Of a stretch of 64,000 bases of DNA, positions 27,607 through 37,545 are shown piece by piece. Below the pieces are notes generated by a model. That model worked only from the letters and a program-made list of their open reading frames with translations, had not been told where the DNA came from and ran no database searches. The position numbers and the translations under genes were made by a program. Within the stretch, counting starts at the first letter, position 1. Every line of letters starts with the position of its first letter. This stretch comes from a virus, in IMG/VR virus record IMGVR_UViG_3300028800_000002, positions 122,444 through 186,443 of that record; one strand, 5' to 3'.

Positions 27607-27908
27607 TTATGTATCCTCTAGTCCTCTTATTCCCATCGGCCTACGGAATTTGCGGGATTTATGAGCTAAAAAGAAGGCCTTCTTTTTCGCATAATGGCGC
27701 CCCGCCAGCGATATCCCTAGACACCTTGGATATCGTCAGCGGGGCCCGTGGGGACTGTGACTCCTCTTGCCAAAGGGAGAGTCAAGGCACTGGCCAAGTA
27801 GAAGGAGGATGCTCTACGGAGGAGAGCTGTCCAGTACCATCACTATTCTTATACCCGGCTTCTCCGCGCTTTTGCATGCCCTTTAGGTGGGGATGTTACG
27901 CTTAGCTG

Positions 27909-30900
27909 GTGCCACTCAACAGCTCACAAATTGCGCAGCTCAACGACAGTTTTCAGCAACAGTACTTGACGCAGCAGCGCATCTCCTCTGGCATCCAACC
28001 ACAAGGCTACAACTTTGGAGGGATGAACACTGGAGCTCAGAACGAGGGTATGGCTGGTCGCGCCCTCAACACAGCTACCGCCATCGGAATCCCGGCAGCC
28101 ACATTGGGCATGGGACTTATGGGGTTGGACCCGATCTCGATGGGGATTAGATCGGGCATGGCCGCCGGAAGCATGGGAGGCATGGGCGCTGGACTCGCGG
28201 TTGGTGCCGGTGTCGCAGGCATGGGCATGCTCGGTGTGGGTGCTGTCGGTTACATGGGCAATCAGATGATGCATGGCGCCCAGCAGACGCAGCAGTTCAA
28301 CCAAGGCATGCGCTCGAGCTTCTCGTTCGCTAATCCCTATGGGCAGCACGGTCGCGGGTTTGCCGAGAGTGACATTCGAGAAATCGGCGGATCCATGCGC
28401 GGCATGGCTGGCGGACAGTCTGGTGGGCAATTCGGTGGCACCATGGATCAGTTCCAGTTGGGGCCAAGCTTTGCTGAGCTCGGGCGCTTGGCGGCAAACA
28501 TGGGTCGAATGGGGCTCGCCGACGGCGTGCGTAACGCCAAGGAGTTCACCGAGAAGTTCCGGGAGATGATGAAGTCGGTCAAGTCCATCGCCGAGGACAT
28601 GGGCTCTACCCTCGAGGAAGCTCAAAAGACGATGGCTTCGATGAAGGGCTCAGGCATCTTCAAGAACCAAACTAGTGTGAGCCACGCCATTCGTGGGGCT
28701 TCTGTTGGTGGAAACTTGGCCACCACTGAGGTCACAGGAATGATGAACATCGGCTCACAGATCAGTCGCATGTACGGGGGAACGGGGCGCCAAGGGGCCA
28801 TGGGTGGGATCAAGGCCATAGAAAACGTTGGTGCCGCAATTCAGACGGGGGTTTTGAGTGAGGAGGACATATACCAGGCAACAGGGCTGACCGGTGCCGA
28901 AGGCCGGCAGGCGATGGCGCAGCAAGGGCTCATTAGAACAGGCTCTTTTTTGAAGTCATCAAAAGGTCGCTGGCTTGTGGCGTCTCTAGCGGGGCGTGAC
29001 GGCAAGCTCGATGCTAGCTCCGTGGCCGACTTCATGTCGGGCGGCATGGGTGTAGACGACACTCGCGGTGCGGCGCACCGAAACCTGCAAGGGGTAGGCC
29101 GTGCGAACTTCATTCGAAACGAAGGGCGCTTGCGCGGAGCGGTGATGGAGCAGTTTGGCGACATGGCACCTGCAATGGCCATGATTGGCTGGGCGCAGAA
29201 GAAGGGCATCGACATCAACTCGATGGGTGATCGAGAGATGCTGTTCATGCAACGTCAGATGGGGCTTGGCCGAGATGAAGCGGATGACTTGGTGAAGCGT
29301 GCGCGGGCCATGCCGCAGCTCATGGAGCATTTGCGTGAAGCCAAGTCTGAGGATAAGTTCTCAGTTGAGCATGGGCTGCGCGCGCAGGATTCTGGCATTG
29401 AAGGTATCAAGCGGAAGCTCGAGGCGGCTCGTGACCAAGTCAACAACAGCATGCAGAAGGTTGGTCAAGACATCCTCAACTCAACGACGGACATGGTTAC
29501 TGAGTGGGCCAATAGGTTGACGGGAGTGTACGAAGAGCGGCAGATTGAGGTGCAAGACATCAAGAAGTCTTTGCTCTTGGGAGGTTCCGCAGGGAAGTCT
29601 GCTGTTTCTATGTTGACGGGAGGCAACCTCGGGAAGCCTCTCGGCGGTGGTGGGCCCCATGAAGACATCGGGCAGCGTGCGCTCGTGAGCAAGATGCAGG
29701 GATACCAATTCGCCACCCGCATGGCTGATTCGAGATCCTTGAGCGCAGAGGCTGGCAGCCTAGTGGATTCCAAGCAGTCGAAGATTCTTGAGGTATACGC
29801 GAACGGTGCAGCCTCTGCTAGGGGCGAAGATCGACTGCACCAATTGAAGGAGGCGTTCAAAGACGATCTCGAGATGTCCATGTTCCTACGCCAGGGCAAG
29901 CATGACGACCAATTGGTTCGAGTTCAGCAAATGGAATCTCGAGTAAAGCTCCCGGCAGAGATGAGGCTCAGCGAGTCTTTTGACATACCCAAGCTTCCCG
30001 AACTTGTGGGAGGTGGGGATGAGCATTCGAATGCCCGCGCCAGAGAGAAGCTTGGGCATGGCCTATTGGCTACGTCGACAGCGGATGAGCGCATGGCTCA
30101 GGCGGCCAAGCGTAGTTCTGCAATCGCCATGGCCGGTGGCGGCATGGCCTCTGGGATGACCCCTGGTGGCGCGGGTATTGGTGAATGGATCGCAGACAAG
30201 TTCTTCAACAGGGCAAGTGATGCGCAAGCACAAGTGGCTGGCGCTCTGTTCGATAAATCTGAGACTCGCGAGTTGGCCTTCGGAGTCTTGACCGGCGGAG
30301 AAGGGGCTAACGATAGGATTAGCAGACGCCTCATTGACTTATCAGGCAAGACGGATGACGCATCTGTCGGCGAATCAGGATCTCTTCGCGCAATACAGCA
30401 TGCGAGTTCCGTAATGGGGATTGCGCGAGAGCGAGGAGGCGTCAACAAGTTGACGGATGCGGATTGGGAGCAATTAGCCAAGAAGTCCAATATGTCGGTG
30501 GACTCCATGAAGTCTCAATTCAATACTGTGCGCGGCGGCGCGGCTCAGTGGCAAAAGGAAGCACAACAGAAAATCGCTGAGCAGATTACGCGCACAACCC
30601 GTGACGAGGGAGAGTTCATTCAGGCTGGTGGTATTGCCAACTACAAGAATGGCGTGTTCAGCTTGACTGACACCTCGGAGAAGGCACTGATGAAGAAGGG
30701 CGGGAAGAGCGCGGTGCAGGCCGCCCGCCTTGCCATGGCAGCGCAATCGGCCGCAGCGCACCTTGGGCCAGATGGTGACGGAATCTCTGCTATGGAGGCG
30801 GCTAATAGTGACTTCATGAAGGCCATGTCCGGCCTGAGCACAAGCGAGATGAAGGCAGTTGCCTCAACCTTGGCCGGCACATCGCGAGGTGGGATTGCTT

Positions 30901-31370
30901 CCGAGGCTGTTATCCGTGGTGCTGGCATTGATGCCAGTAAGGGCAAGAGGGGTATCGGCGGAGCTTTTGCCGGCACGATGGGTATGGACCTATCTCCCGA
31001 GGAAATGGCTCAACTGAAGGGGGCGAGCGCGGGTAGCGCCGCCAAGATGCTGGCCTCCAAGCTTGGTCTTAGCGATGACAACAAGTTGGTCGAAGGGCTA
31101 ACTGCTTCTATGACTGCCGCCACAAAGAAAGGCGGTGGAGCTGCCGGTAGTCTTCTACTCAGTCAGACGTTGCAGAACGATCCGGAGGCGCGCAAGAAGC
31201 TTGAAGACTTGGCTAAGGGTAAGGGATCTCCCGAGGACAAGATTGTCGACAAGCTCAATGAGAGTAACCTTCACTTAGCTGTGTTGGCTAAGGCTGCAGA
31301 TCGCGACGGTAAGATTTTGGCAGGCATCCAAAGCAACACCAAAGACGTAAAGAAGGATGGGGAGAAGTAA
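27909..31370 (+). CDS. Probable tail tape measure protein
   Basis: 1153 aa, Gly/Ala/Met-rich, largely helical, upstream of tube-initiator and baseplate-like genes. Confidence 0.7.
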   Translation: MPLNSSQIAQLNDSFQQQYLTQQRISSGIQPQGYNFGGMNTGAQNEGMAGRALNTATAIGIPAATLGMGLMGLDPISMGIRSGMAAGSMGGMGAGLAVGAGVAGMGMLGVGAVGYMGNQMMHGAQQTQQFNQGMRSSFSFANPYGQHGRGFAESDIREIGGSMRGMAGGQSGGQFGGTMDQFQLGPSFAELGRLAANMGRMGLADGVRNAKEFTEKFREMMKSVKSIAEDMGSTLEEAQKTMASMKGSGIFKNQTSVSHAIRGASVGGNLATTEVTGMMNIGSQISRMYGGTGRQGAMGGIKAIENVGAAIQTGVLSEEDIYQATGLTGAEGRQAMAQQGLIRTGSFLKSSKGRWLVASLAGRDGKLDASSVADFMSGGMGVDDTRGAAHRNLQGVGRANFIRNEGRLRGAVMEQFGDMAPAMAMIGWAQKKGIDINSMGDREMLFMQRQMGLGRDEADDLVKRARAMPQLMEHLREAKSEDKFSVEHGLRAQDSGIEGIKRKLEAARDQVNNSMQKVGQDILNSTTDMVTEWANRLTGVYEERQIEVQDIKKSLLLGGSAGKSAVSMLTGGNLGKPLGGGGPHEDIGQRALVSKMQGYQFATRMADSRSLSAEAGSLVDSKQSKILEVYANGAASARGEDRLHQLKEAFKDDLEMSMFLRQGKHDDQLVRVQQMESRVKLPAEMRLSESFDIPKLPELVGGGDEHSNARAREKLGHGLLATSTADERMAQAAKRSSAIAMAGGGMASGMTPGGAGIGEWIADKFFNRASDAQAQVAGALFDKSETRELAFGVLTGGEGANDRISRRLIDLSGKTDDASVGESGSLRAIQHASSVMGIARERGGVNKLTDADWEQLAKKSNMSVDSMKSQFNTVRGGAAQWQKEAQQKIAEQITRTTRDEGEFIQAGGIANYKNGVFSLTDTSEKALMKKGGKSAVQAARLAMAAQSAAAHLGPDGDGISAMEAANSDFMKAMSGLSTSEMKAVASTLAGTSRGGIASEAVIRGAGIDASKGKRGIGGAFAGTMGMDLSPEEMAQLKGASAGSAAKMLASKLGLSDDNKLVEGLTASMTAATKKGGGAAGSLLLSQTLQNDPEARKKLEDLAKGKGSPEDKIVDKLNESNLHLAVLAKAADRDGKILAGIQSNTKDVKKDGEK

Positions 31371-31375
31371 GTACA

Positions 31376-31645
31376 ATGGCGAGCTCTCTTCTGTACCAGG
31401 CCAGCAGTATCATGCGCGTCCCGCCAGGCTGCGGGTTGTGTGACCGTGTTGAGATTCCAGTCTCATTACGTAAGGGTGGGAGGATTTACCGTTTCGTTCT
31501 TCGAGACAAGGTAGTTCCCGAGGATTTGCTCATCGTCATGATGAAGGCCGCGGCTTTTGCCATTTCACAAGGGGAGTCCTACTCAGGAACTCCACCAGCA
31601 CGGCAGCTGCTGGATTTTCTCATCAAGCAGAATGTGGTGATTTAG
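31376..31645 (+). CDS. Hypothetical protein
   Basis: 89-aa ORF after tape measure. Confidence 0.45.
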   Translation: MASSLLYQASSIMRVPPGCGLCDRVEIPVSLRKGGRIYRFVLRDKVVPEDLLIVMMKAAAFAISQGESYSGTPPARQLLDFLIKQNVVI

Positions 31646-31801
31646 CTAGTACAACACTGAGCTAAGTTTGGGGCACGACCCCGTCGGGCCGTGCTGTGCG
31701 CCATTTAGCTTCATGCAGCCCGTCAGCTTACTTATGTGCTCCCATGTGAATCTTATCCCAGGACAACTGGGAAAATTTCAAGTTTAGAGTAAGATGATCC
31801 G

Positions 31802-33736
31802 GTGGCAGTCTTCATCGAGCTCACAACCGATCCGTTCGAGGCAAATTACAACAGGCTCAAGAGCAGCAACGACCCAGCGCTTTCGCGCAGCGGCAGAGCT
31901 GGACTCTCCAATGTAAGGCGCCCGCTACGCGGCATGGAGATCAAGGAGGACACCTATGCCGCTCTGAAGGTCATACGCTCTGACGGAACTGAGGTTCCTT
32001 TCCTCGATTCAAGTGCGGCATCTGGCCAATCCACATCGTACTCAAACTTCATTCTCCAATCGGTGACCGAGGCCCGCATGGAGAAGCACCAGATTATTGA
32101 GACCTTCGGTGACGCCTACATTTACTTCTTCGGAGAGTCACCGCGCTTCCTTGAAGTGCAAGCTATTCTACTGAACAGCAACGACTTCAATTGGCAGGCA
32201 GAATGGTGGGCTAACTGGGATCAAACCCTGCGTGGTTCGAAGTCCGTTGAGAATGGCGCGCGTACGTACATGTTCTACGACGATAACGTCGTCGAGGGTT
32301 ACATGCTAATGGCGCAGGCGGCCACGGTGAGTACCGAGCCATTCCTAGTGCAACTGAGCTGGCGCATGTTTATTTCAAGCTACAGGAACGTATCCTTCGT
32401 GGGAGATCCCAGCTTCCCAGTTCCGGAGTCCATTTACTTGCCACCGGATGTTTCTCTCACTAGTGGAGATGCTTTCAGCAAATTGAACCCCCTGTACCCC
32501 GACGGTATTGATGCCGGAGACGACAGTACATGGGCGGATGACGTTGAGAACAATTCCACGGGAGGCTTCGGCACCCCTGGAAGATTGACGAGTCTGCTGG
32601 CTCGAGGTACGCATTCTGTTGCATTCCCCGTTTCAGTTCAGGCGTACATCGACGACCTGCGCGCAGCGGGTCAAGATGATCAACTCTTGGGCTTGTACCA
32701 AGACCATCCATTGCGCGGAATGATTTCCGATAACACGGATGAATACACGGGGTCAGGGACGACTAGCGTTACAAACAGCGACATGCCTGATTCATTAGAT
32801 CCCTTGATTCGAGATCAACTTGAGGTAGATGACCTCTTCCAAGAGGCTATCAATTGGATGGGTTGCTTCGGCGCGAACATCAACAGCTATCAAGCCTTGA
32901 GTGGCTTAGGAATGGGAGTCAGTTTTGGAGCAGGTAGTGGTATTGGTGTTGGCTTTGGCGCTAGTATTTCTGCTGGCATTGGGGCAGGGGCCACGTTTGG
33001 AGCGACACCCAGGAGTGGTGTTGGCTTCGGCGGTAGTGTTGGGCGCGGCTTTGGTTTTGGCGCTGGCTCCTCTGGATCCGGATTCTCCGCAGGCTCTTAT
33101 GCTGGATCTGGCGCGTTCGGATCCCAAGGTTCCAGTGCTGGACTGTCGGCAAATGGCTTTAGTTCTGGAAACTCACCCTCTTCTAATTTCTCAGCTGGAG
33201 TCCTTGCCTCCATGCAGGGAGACGTCCTATTCAGTTCCGGATCGGCCACGTCTGGTTCTACTTCCGGGGTTGATACTGGGTATGGTGATCCCGTTTACGG
33301 ATACGGAAGTCCTTATGGTGGACCGGGATACGGGCAGGCTGGCTACGGTGACTATGGAGGTCTTGGCTTTGGCTCCAGTCTTGGTGCTTCCGGAGACCCG
33401 GGTTACATGGCCCCGTCAAATCTCACCTTTGCTGGGGAAGAGAACCAGAGCAGTGATTTGGACCGATTGCTCGCCACAAAGCCAGGCTTTGGATCTGGGC
33501 TCGGAGGGATCGGGGTTGGAAACAGTTACGCAGGGTCAGGCGGTGGTGCCTCTGTGTCTGTAGGAGGCGCCATTAGCGCGTTCTCTATTTTTGCAGCTCC
33601 AGGCAATTTGGTTCCCGACGGCAACGCGTTGACTGCCACAGGGCGTCGCACTGGGTTTACTTCTACCAATCCTTACAACATCCCATGCCTTGGGCAGACG
33701 AATGCCACTGGCATTGATCTGTTGAGTTTACTTTGA
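31802..33736 (+). CDS. Tail tube-initiator/baseplate-associated protein with Gly/Ser-rich C-terminal region
   Basis: N-terminal NFILQSVTEARMEKHQIIETFGD...WQAEWWANWDQTLRG tube-like block; position after tape measure. Confidence 0.55.
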   Translation: MAVFIELTTDPFEANYNRLKSSNDPALSRSGRAGLSNVRRPLRGMEIKEDTYAALKVIRSDGTEVPFLDSSAASGQSTSYSNFILQSVTEARMEKHQIIETFGDAYIYFFGESPRFLEVQAILLNSNDFNWQAEWWANWDQTLRGSKSVENGARTYMFYDDNVVEGYMLMAQAATVSTEPFLVQLSWRMFISSYRNVSFVGDPSFPVPESIYLPPDVSLTSGDAFSKLNPLYPDGIDAGDDSTWADDVENNSTGGFGTPGRLTSLLARGTHSVAFPVSVQAYIDDLRAAGQDDQLLGLYQDHPLRGMISDNTDEYTGSGTTSVTNSDMPDSLDPLIRDQLEVDDLFQEAINWMGCFGANINSYQALSGLGMGVSFGAGSGIGVGFGASISAGIGAGATFGATPRSGVGFGGSVGRGFGFGAGSSGSGFSAGSYAGSGAFGSQGSSAGLSANGFSSGNSPSSNFSAGVLASMQGDVLFSSGSATSGSTSGVDTGYGDPVYGYGSPYGGPGYGQAGYGDYGGLGFGSSLGASGDPGYMAPSNLTFAGEENQSSDLDRLLATKPGFGSGLGGIGVGNSYAGSGGGASVSVGGAISAFSIFAAPGNLVPDGNALTATGRRTGFTSTNPYNIPCLGQTNATGIDLLSLL

Positions 33737-33737
33737 C

Positions 33738-36700
33738 ATGACTGCCCACGCGATACGGTTGAAGCTTAGAATGTTTCTCGAAGGGGTAGAAGTCCCCATC
33801 GTAGGGATTCAAATTCAGTGCTTACCGAACGCGCCACTGATGGCCGCGATTCAAGTGCCTCCAGTACCGGAGGGGACTCGCTTGAAGCCGCGCACATTGG
33901 TGCATGTATTTTTTCTAGACCCGTACGAGGAAGAAAGCCCTCTGCTGTCAGGGACGCAGTCAAGCGCTGCATCGAATCGCATGGACCCTTCTGCGTACCA
34001 GAAAACCATGAACCAGGCTGAGGTAGAGGTGTCTGGCAGTGCCTTGGCGGCTGTCGATGACTACACCAGGTACAAGCTCATTTTTGGTGGAGAAATACTT
34101 GGGTTTGAGTGGTCGAAGGATCAAGCGCAGCGAGCCTTGATTCTACAATGTGCTGACTGGTCCAACTACTGGGATTACGCGTACCAGTGGAACAACACTG
34201 ATCTGTTTGGCCCTGGCATCAAAGCCTTGTTCTCTGGTGGATCGACAAACTTATTCACAGACTTTCTGTCGAGCCCGGCGGAGGTCATTACAACGATATT
34301 GCGCACCCCTTCGATATCGTTTCCCAAGTTGAAGGGGCTTGCCGGTGGCATCATCCATCTTCTCGAGTCCATAGGTGGCTCGTACTACTACGACAAGAAG
34401 ATTGCCGGGCAGAACATTTTCTTCACGCTTGCAGAGTTGCGGCTGCACGTGAATCAAATGATCATGGCAATCGAGGATGATCCCACCACCGCGCGCCTTT
34501 TGGCGTTGCAGGGCTACACCAGCATGATGAGCCGCATGCTAGGAGGCATGGGTGGGCAGACATCGATTCGTCAGAGCATCACAGCACTACAAGGGGTGAT
34601 TTTCCACGAGACCTACGCACAGCCATGCCCCAAATACATACCGGGCCTTGATGGAACTGTTAGCGGTCAGTCTCGCAAGAGGCTTGACCAAGATCCAAGC
34701 ACTGTGTTCATCTCTAGAAATGCAACGGCAGTATCGGCGGAGCTTTCCTCCGTTGTGCAGCAACTGCATGTGGCAGACAATAGGCCTGATGTTTCACTGT
34801 TCTCCACCTCTGGTACCGTTCAAGCGAGCTTGCGCAGCCAGCTGGTAATTCGACTACGACGTCAGCAGCAATTCTTGAACAGCACCATTATGCAGTTGCG
34901 AAAGGTGCGCCCCGCGGTGCCTTCTGCTGGCTCCATGCTGAACACTGCTGTACAGAAGGTAGGGATAGCTGCGACGAAGACTGCCCAATGGAACGTGAAT
35001 AACGCGAGTTCAATCGCAGCAATTGAGACTCCGTTGAAGGATGCCATTTCTAATTTGGACAGAGTCGCCAAGTTGACCGTGGTGACCAGTTCCGCGAAGA
35101 ACAGGCAACCTGCACGTCTTGCCCAGCAGATATTACGCCCTGACGTGTGGTTCAGCGCTCCCCCGCGCTGTAACGTCTGGTTTCCAGAGCACTACAACCA
35201 CCTCAGCTACCGTCGTACGTTCATGGAGGAGCCTACTCGTCTCTTGCTGAAAACTAACGATGAGTTCTTTGGTGAGGATGAGCTATTCGACAGATTTTAC
35301 TTTGCCCCCAAGACCTCGAGCGTGAAGAAGAGCAAAGTCAATCTGCAGGCGCTATTGACTAATGACCTTCTCGATCACGAGTTGTTCACTGGCATTCTTC
35401 CCGTGTTCGAGAAGATGGGGGAGCTCAACATTTTTGCTGCGCGGGGTGGCGTGGTCAACGATAGAGTCCCACAGGTTGGGCTCGCTCAACGTTCTGCCAA
35501 CTTCTTGTACTTCAAGTATCGATTCGCTGCACGACAAATGACCGTCAGTGGGCGGTTCAATCCGTATATTGCCGTGGGGTTCCCAGGGCTAATAATTGAC
35601 AAGTACGTCGACGTCGATACCCTCAATTTGTACAACGATTTACTGAAGAAGTCTGGACAGTCTACGCGAGACATCAACAAGCTGCTAGGCACCGCGTTTT
35701 TAGGGAACTTCACGCAAGTCACGTTCAATGTGAATCAGAACAGTGGCTCAATGGATGTTGTACTCAGCTACCCGCGGCAGCCTGATGAGGGAGTTGAGTA
35801 CCTAGGTGCCACTGACAAGACAGAAACTACAATTAGCCGTCGCTTCAACGAGGACGCCGTACGAGCAACGGATGTCGCATGTATCGGGCAACCGTCTGTG
35901 GAATCCTTGGGCCCCAACTTGGGAAGGATAACCAACGTTGAGGATGTGTCCGCGTTGTATCGAGGACAGAATGGTGCACCTAGTGGGAAGGCATTATTGC
36001 TATTCACCGCCCAGTCTGGCAAAAAGCCCAGGTCCCCGGCAAGTCGCAAAAGTTCCAAGGTCCCCGTGGGCACTGAGGTTGACGCGCGGGACTTGGACAA
36101 GGATACACTCAAAGAGCTAGGTTTATTACCCAGTTCGGATGGCAACGCAGCTTCCACGCAGACAGCTTCGTTCTTCACGCAGCCAAGACCTGTAACCATT
36201 CGAGCGTATCGTCTGCAGGAGGAAGTACCTCGCTTTTACCAAGAGGTGGTGGACCTGCCCGCCGAGGAATACATTCGACCAGGATGGTACGGGGACATCT
36301 GGCACCCAGCGAAAATTGGGCAGGCTTACGATACATTCTTCTCCACGGGCGCCATCACTGACCCGCACACCATCTCTGACTCGAACGCAGCCAATGAAGC
36401 ATTGGCGACGTCGAGCGAGACGGATGACCCCAACGATCCTAGAAGCACTGCTGCAGTGGCATACCAACTTGCTGCAGGAGCCTCCATTGAGCAGGCGGTG
36501 GCCTATCTGCAGGCTACCTACAGTCACATCAAGCAGTCGGGCTTGGACATTGAGCAGTTCATCCGTGCCTACACCTGGCGCCCCATTGCCTCGATGATAG
36601 ACATGTTTGGTACAACAGACCTTCAGCTCAGCCCTGATGGGCATAATGTGCTGCAGGGGATTGAGGGGTTTCACTCGCGTGCCTTTGGCCCTTACGGAGA

Positions 36701-36854
36701 TCTGTTTGGTTTGGTAACTGCCGAGCTCGAGGAGGTCGTGGGGCTTCGCCGCGGGACCACTGCCGCGCAAAAGGGCGACACACGAAAGGTGAAACAGGAC
36801 GCCGTGAAGGACTATTTGGCTGGGCTAGGTATTGGCCGCGCAATTATTGGCTAG
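33738..36854 (+). CDS. Probable baseplate hub protein (gp27/VgrG-like)
   Basis: 1038 aa; LFLEGVEVP-like N-terminus, LILQCADWSNYW, PPRCNVWFPE, FAARQMTVSGRFNPYIAVGFPGLIID; gene order. Confidence 0.6.
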   Translation: MTAHAIRLKLRMFLEGVEVPIVGIQIQCLPNAPLMAAIQVPPVPEGTRLKPRTLVHVFFLDPYEEESPLLSGTQSSAASNRMDPSAYQKTMNQAEVEVSGSALAAVDDYTRYKLIFGGEILGFEWSKDQAQRALILQCADWSNYWDYAYQWNNTDLFGPGIKALFSGGSTNLFTDFLSSPAEVITTILRTPSISFPKLKGLAGGIIHLLESIGGSYYYDKKIAGQNIFFTLAELRLHVNQMIMAIEDDPTTARLLALQGYTSMMSRMLGGMGGQTSIRQSITALQGVIFHETYAQPCPKYIPGLDGTVSGQSRKRLDQDPSTVFISRNATAVSAELSSVVQQLHVADNRPDVSLFSTSGTVQASLRSQLVIRLRRQQQFLNSTIMQLRKVRPAVPSAGSMLNTAVQKVGIAATKTAQWNVNNASSIAAIETPLKDAISNLDRVAKLTVVTSSAKNRQPARLAQQILRPDVWFSAPPRCNVWFPEHYNHLSYRRTFMEEPTRLLLKTNDEFFGEDELFDRFYFAPKTSSVKKSKVNLQALLTNDLLDHELFTGILPVFEKMGELNIFAARGGVVNDRVPQVGLAQRSANFLYFKYRFAARQMTVSGRFNPYIAVGFPGLIIDKYVDVDTLNLYNDLLKKSGQSTRDINKLLGTAFLGNFTQVTFNVNQNSGSMDVVLSYPRQPDEGVEYLGATDKTETTISRRFNEDAVRATDVACIGQPSVESLGPNLGRITNVEDVSALYRGQNGAPSGKALLLFTAQSGKKPRSPASRKSSKVPVGTEVDARDLDKDTLKELGLLPSSDGNAASTQTASFFTQPRPVTIRAYRLQEEVPRFYQEVVDLPAEEYIRPGWYGDIWHPAKIGQAYDTFFSTGAITDPHTISDSNAANEALATSSETDDPNDPRSTAAVAYQLAAGASIEQAVAYLQATYSHIKQSGLDIEQFIRAYTWRPIASMIDMFGTTDLQLSPDGHNVLQGIEGFHSRAFGPYGDLFGLVTAELEEVVGLRRGTTAAQKGDTRKVKQDAVKDYLAGLGIGRAIIG

Positions 36855-36890
36855 TTCTGTTAGAACAGGCCTTGTGGTAAAACAGTAGGC

Positions 36891-37262
36891 ATGATGCACG
36901 AGGTCATGTACGCCGCTTTTAGGGATGAACTAACCAAATTAGCCGCCCCTGGAACCAACTTCAGTGAGACTTTGGCGAACATGGCACGGCAGACAGTTCG
37001 GGCACCTGCTGCCAAAGGTGCCGTGCAGAAACTCACAGCCCCTGCAGCACAGAGTTCCTCACGATTGATGTCTTTCAAGAACAATATTGGGGCGAGATCC
37101 ACTATGCTGCCACCGAGTGGCGGGGCCGCTGCTGCGCCTGCACCATACATCCCACTGCACTCAAATTCCCCGGTGCATCACTCAGAGCTCTCTGCAACAA
37201 TGCGTCCACAAGCTATGGGAACTGCGGCTACATTGCGTCCTGCCCCCGCCTTGGCCGGCTAG
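36891..37262 (+). CDS. Putative internal head protein (DELTKLA motif)
   Basis: MYAAFRDELTKLAAP; leaderless-type start. Confidence 0.6.
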   Translation: MMHEVMYAAFRDELTKLAAPGTNFSETLANMARQTVRAPAAKGAVQKLTAPAAQSSSRLMSFKNNIGARSTMLPPSGGAAAAPAPYIPLHSNSPVHHSELSATMRPQAMGTAATLRPAPALAG

Positions 37263-37303
37263 GACATTCCGCTTTAGCTTTCGTCCGTGGTAAAACTAAG
37301 GGT

Positions 37304-37543
37304 ATGAGTTCTCCGTCAATGTACCCAGGTTTCATGGACGAATTACAAAAGATCGGGGCAGGTAAGGGGGTGAGTACTTTGCTGTCGAACCTGGCAGAGC
37401 GACAGGGGTTCCGACCCTCGATGTTCCCGAGTATCAAGCAGGTTGGGCATGTAGCCACCAGAGACCGCGGGCGCGCGGCGGAGATAGCGAGCAACATCAG
37501 GACGCACTTGAAGTCAGCTAAGCCTCAAGACGCGGCGGCGTAG
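37304..37543 (+). CDS. Putative internal head protein (DELQKIG motif)
   Basis: MYPGFMDELQKIGAG; same upstream GTGGTAAAAC. Confidence 0.6.
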   Translation: MSSPSMYPGFMDELQKIGAGKGVSTLLSNLAERQGFRPSMFPSIKQVGHVATRDRGRAAEIASNIRTHLKSAKPQDAAA

Positions 37544-37545
37544 TC

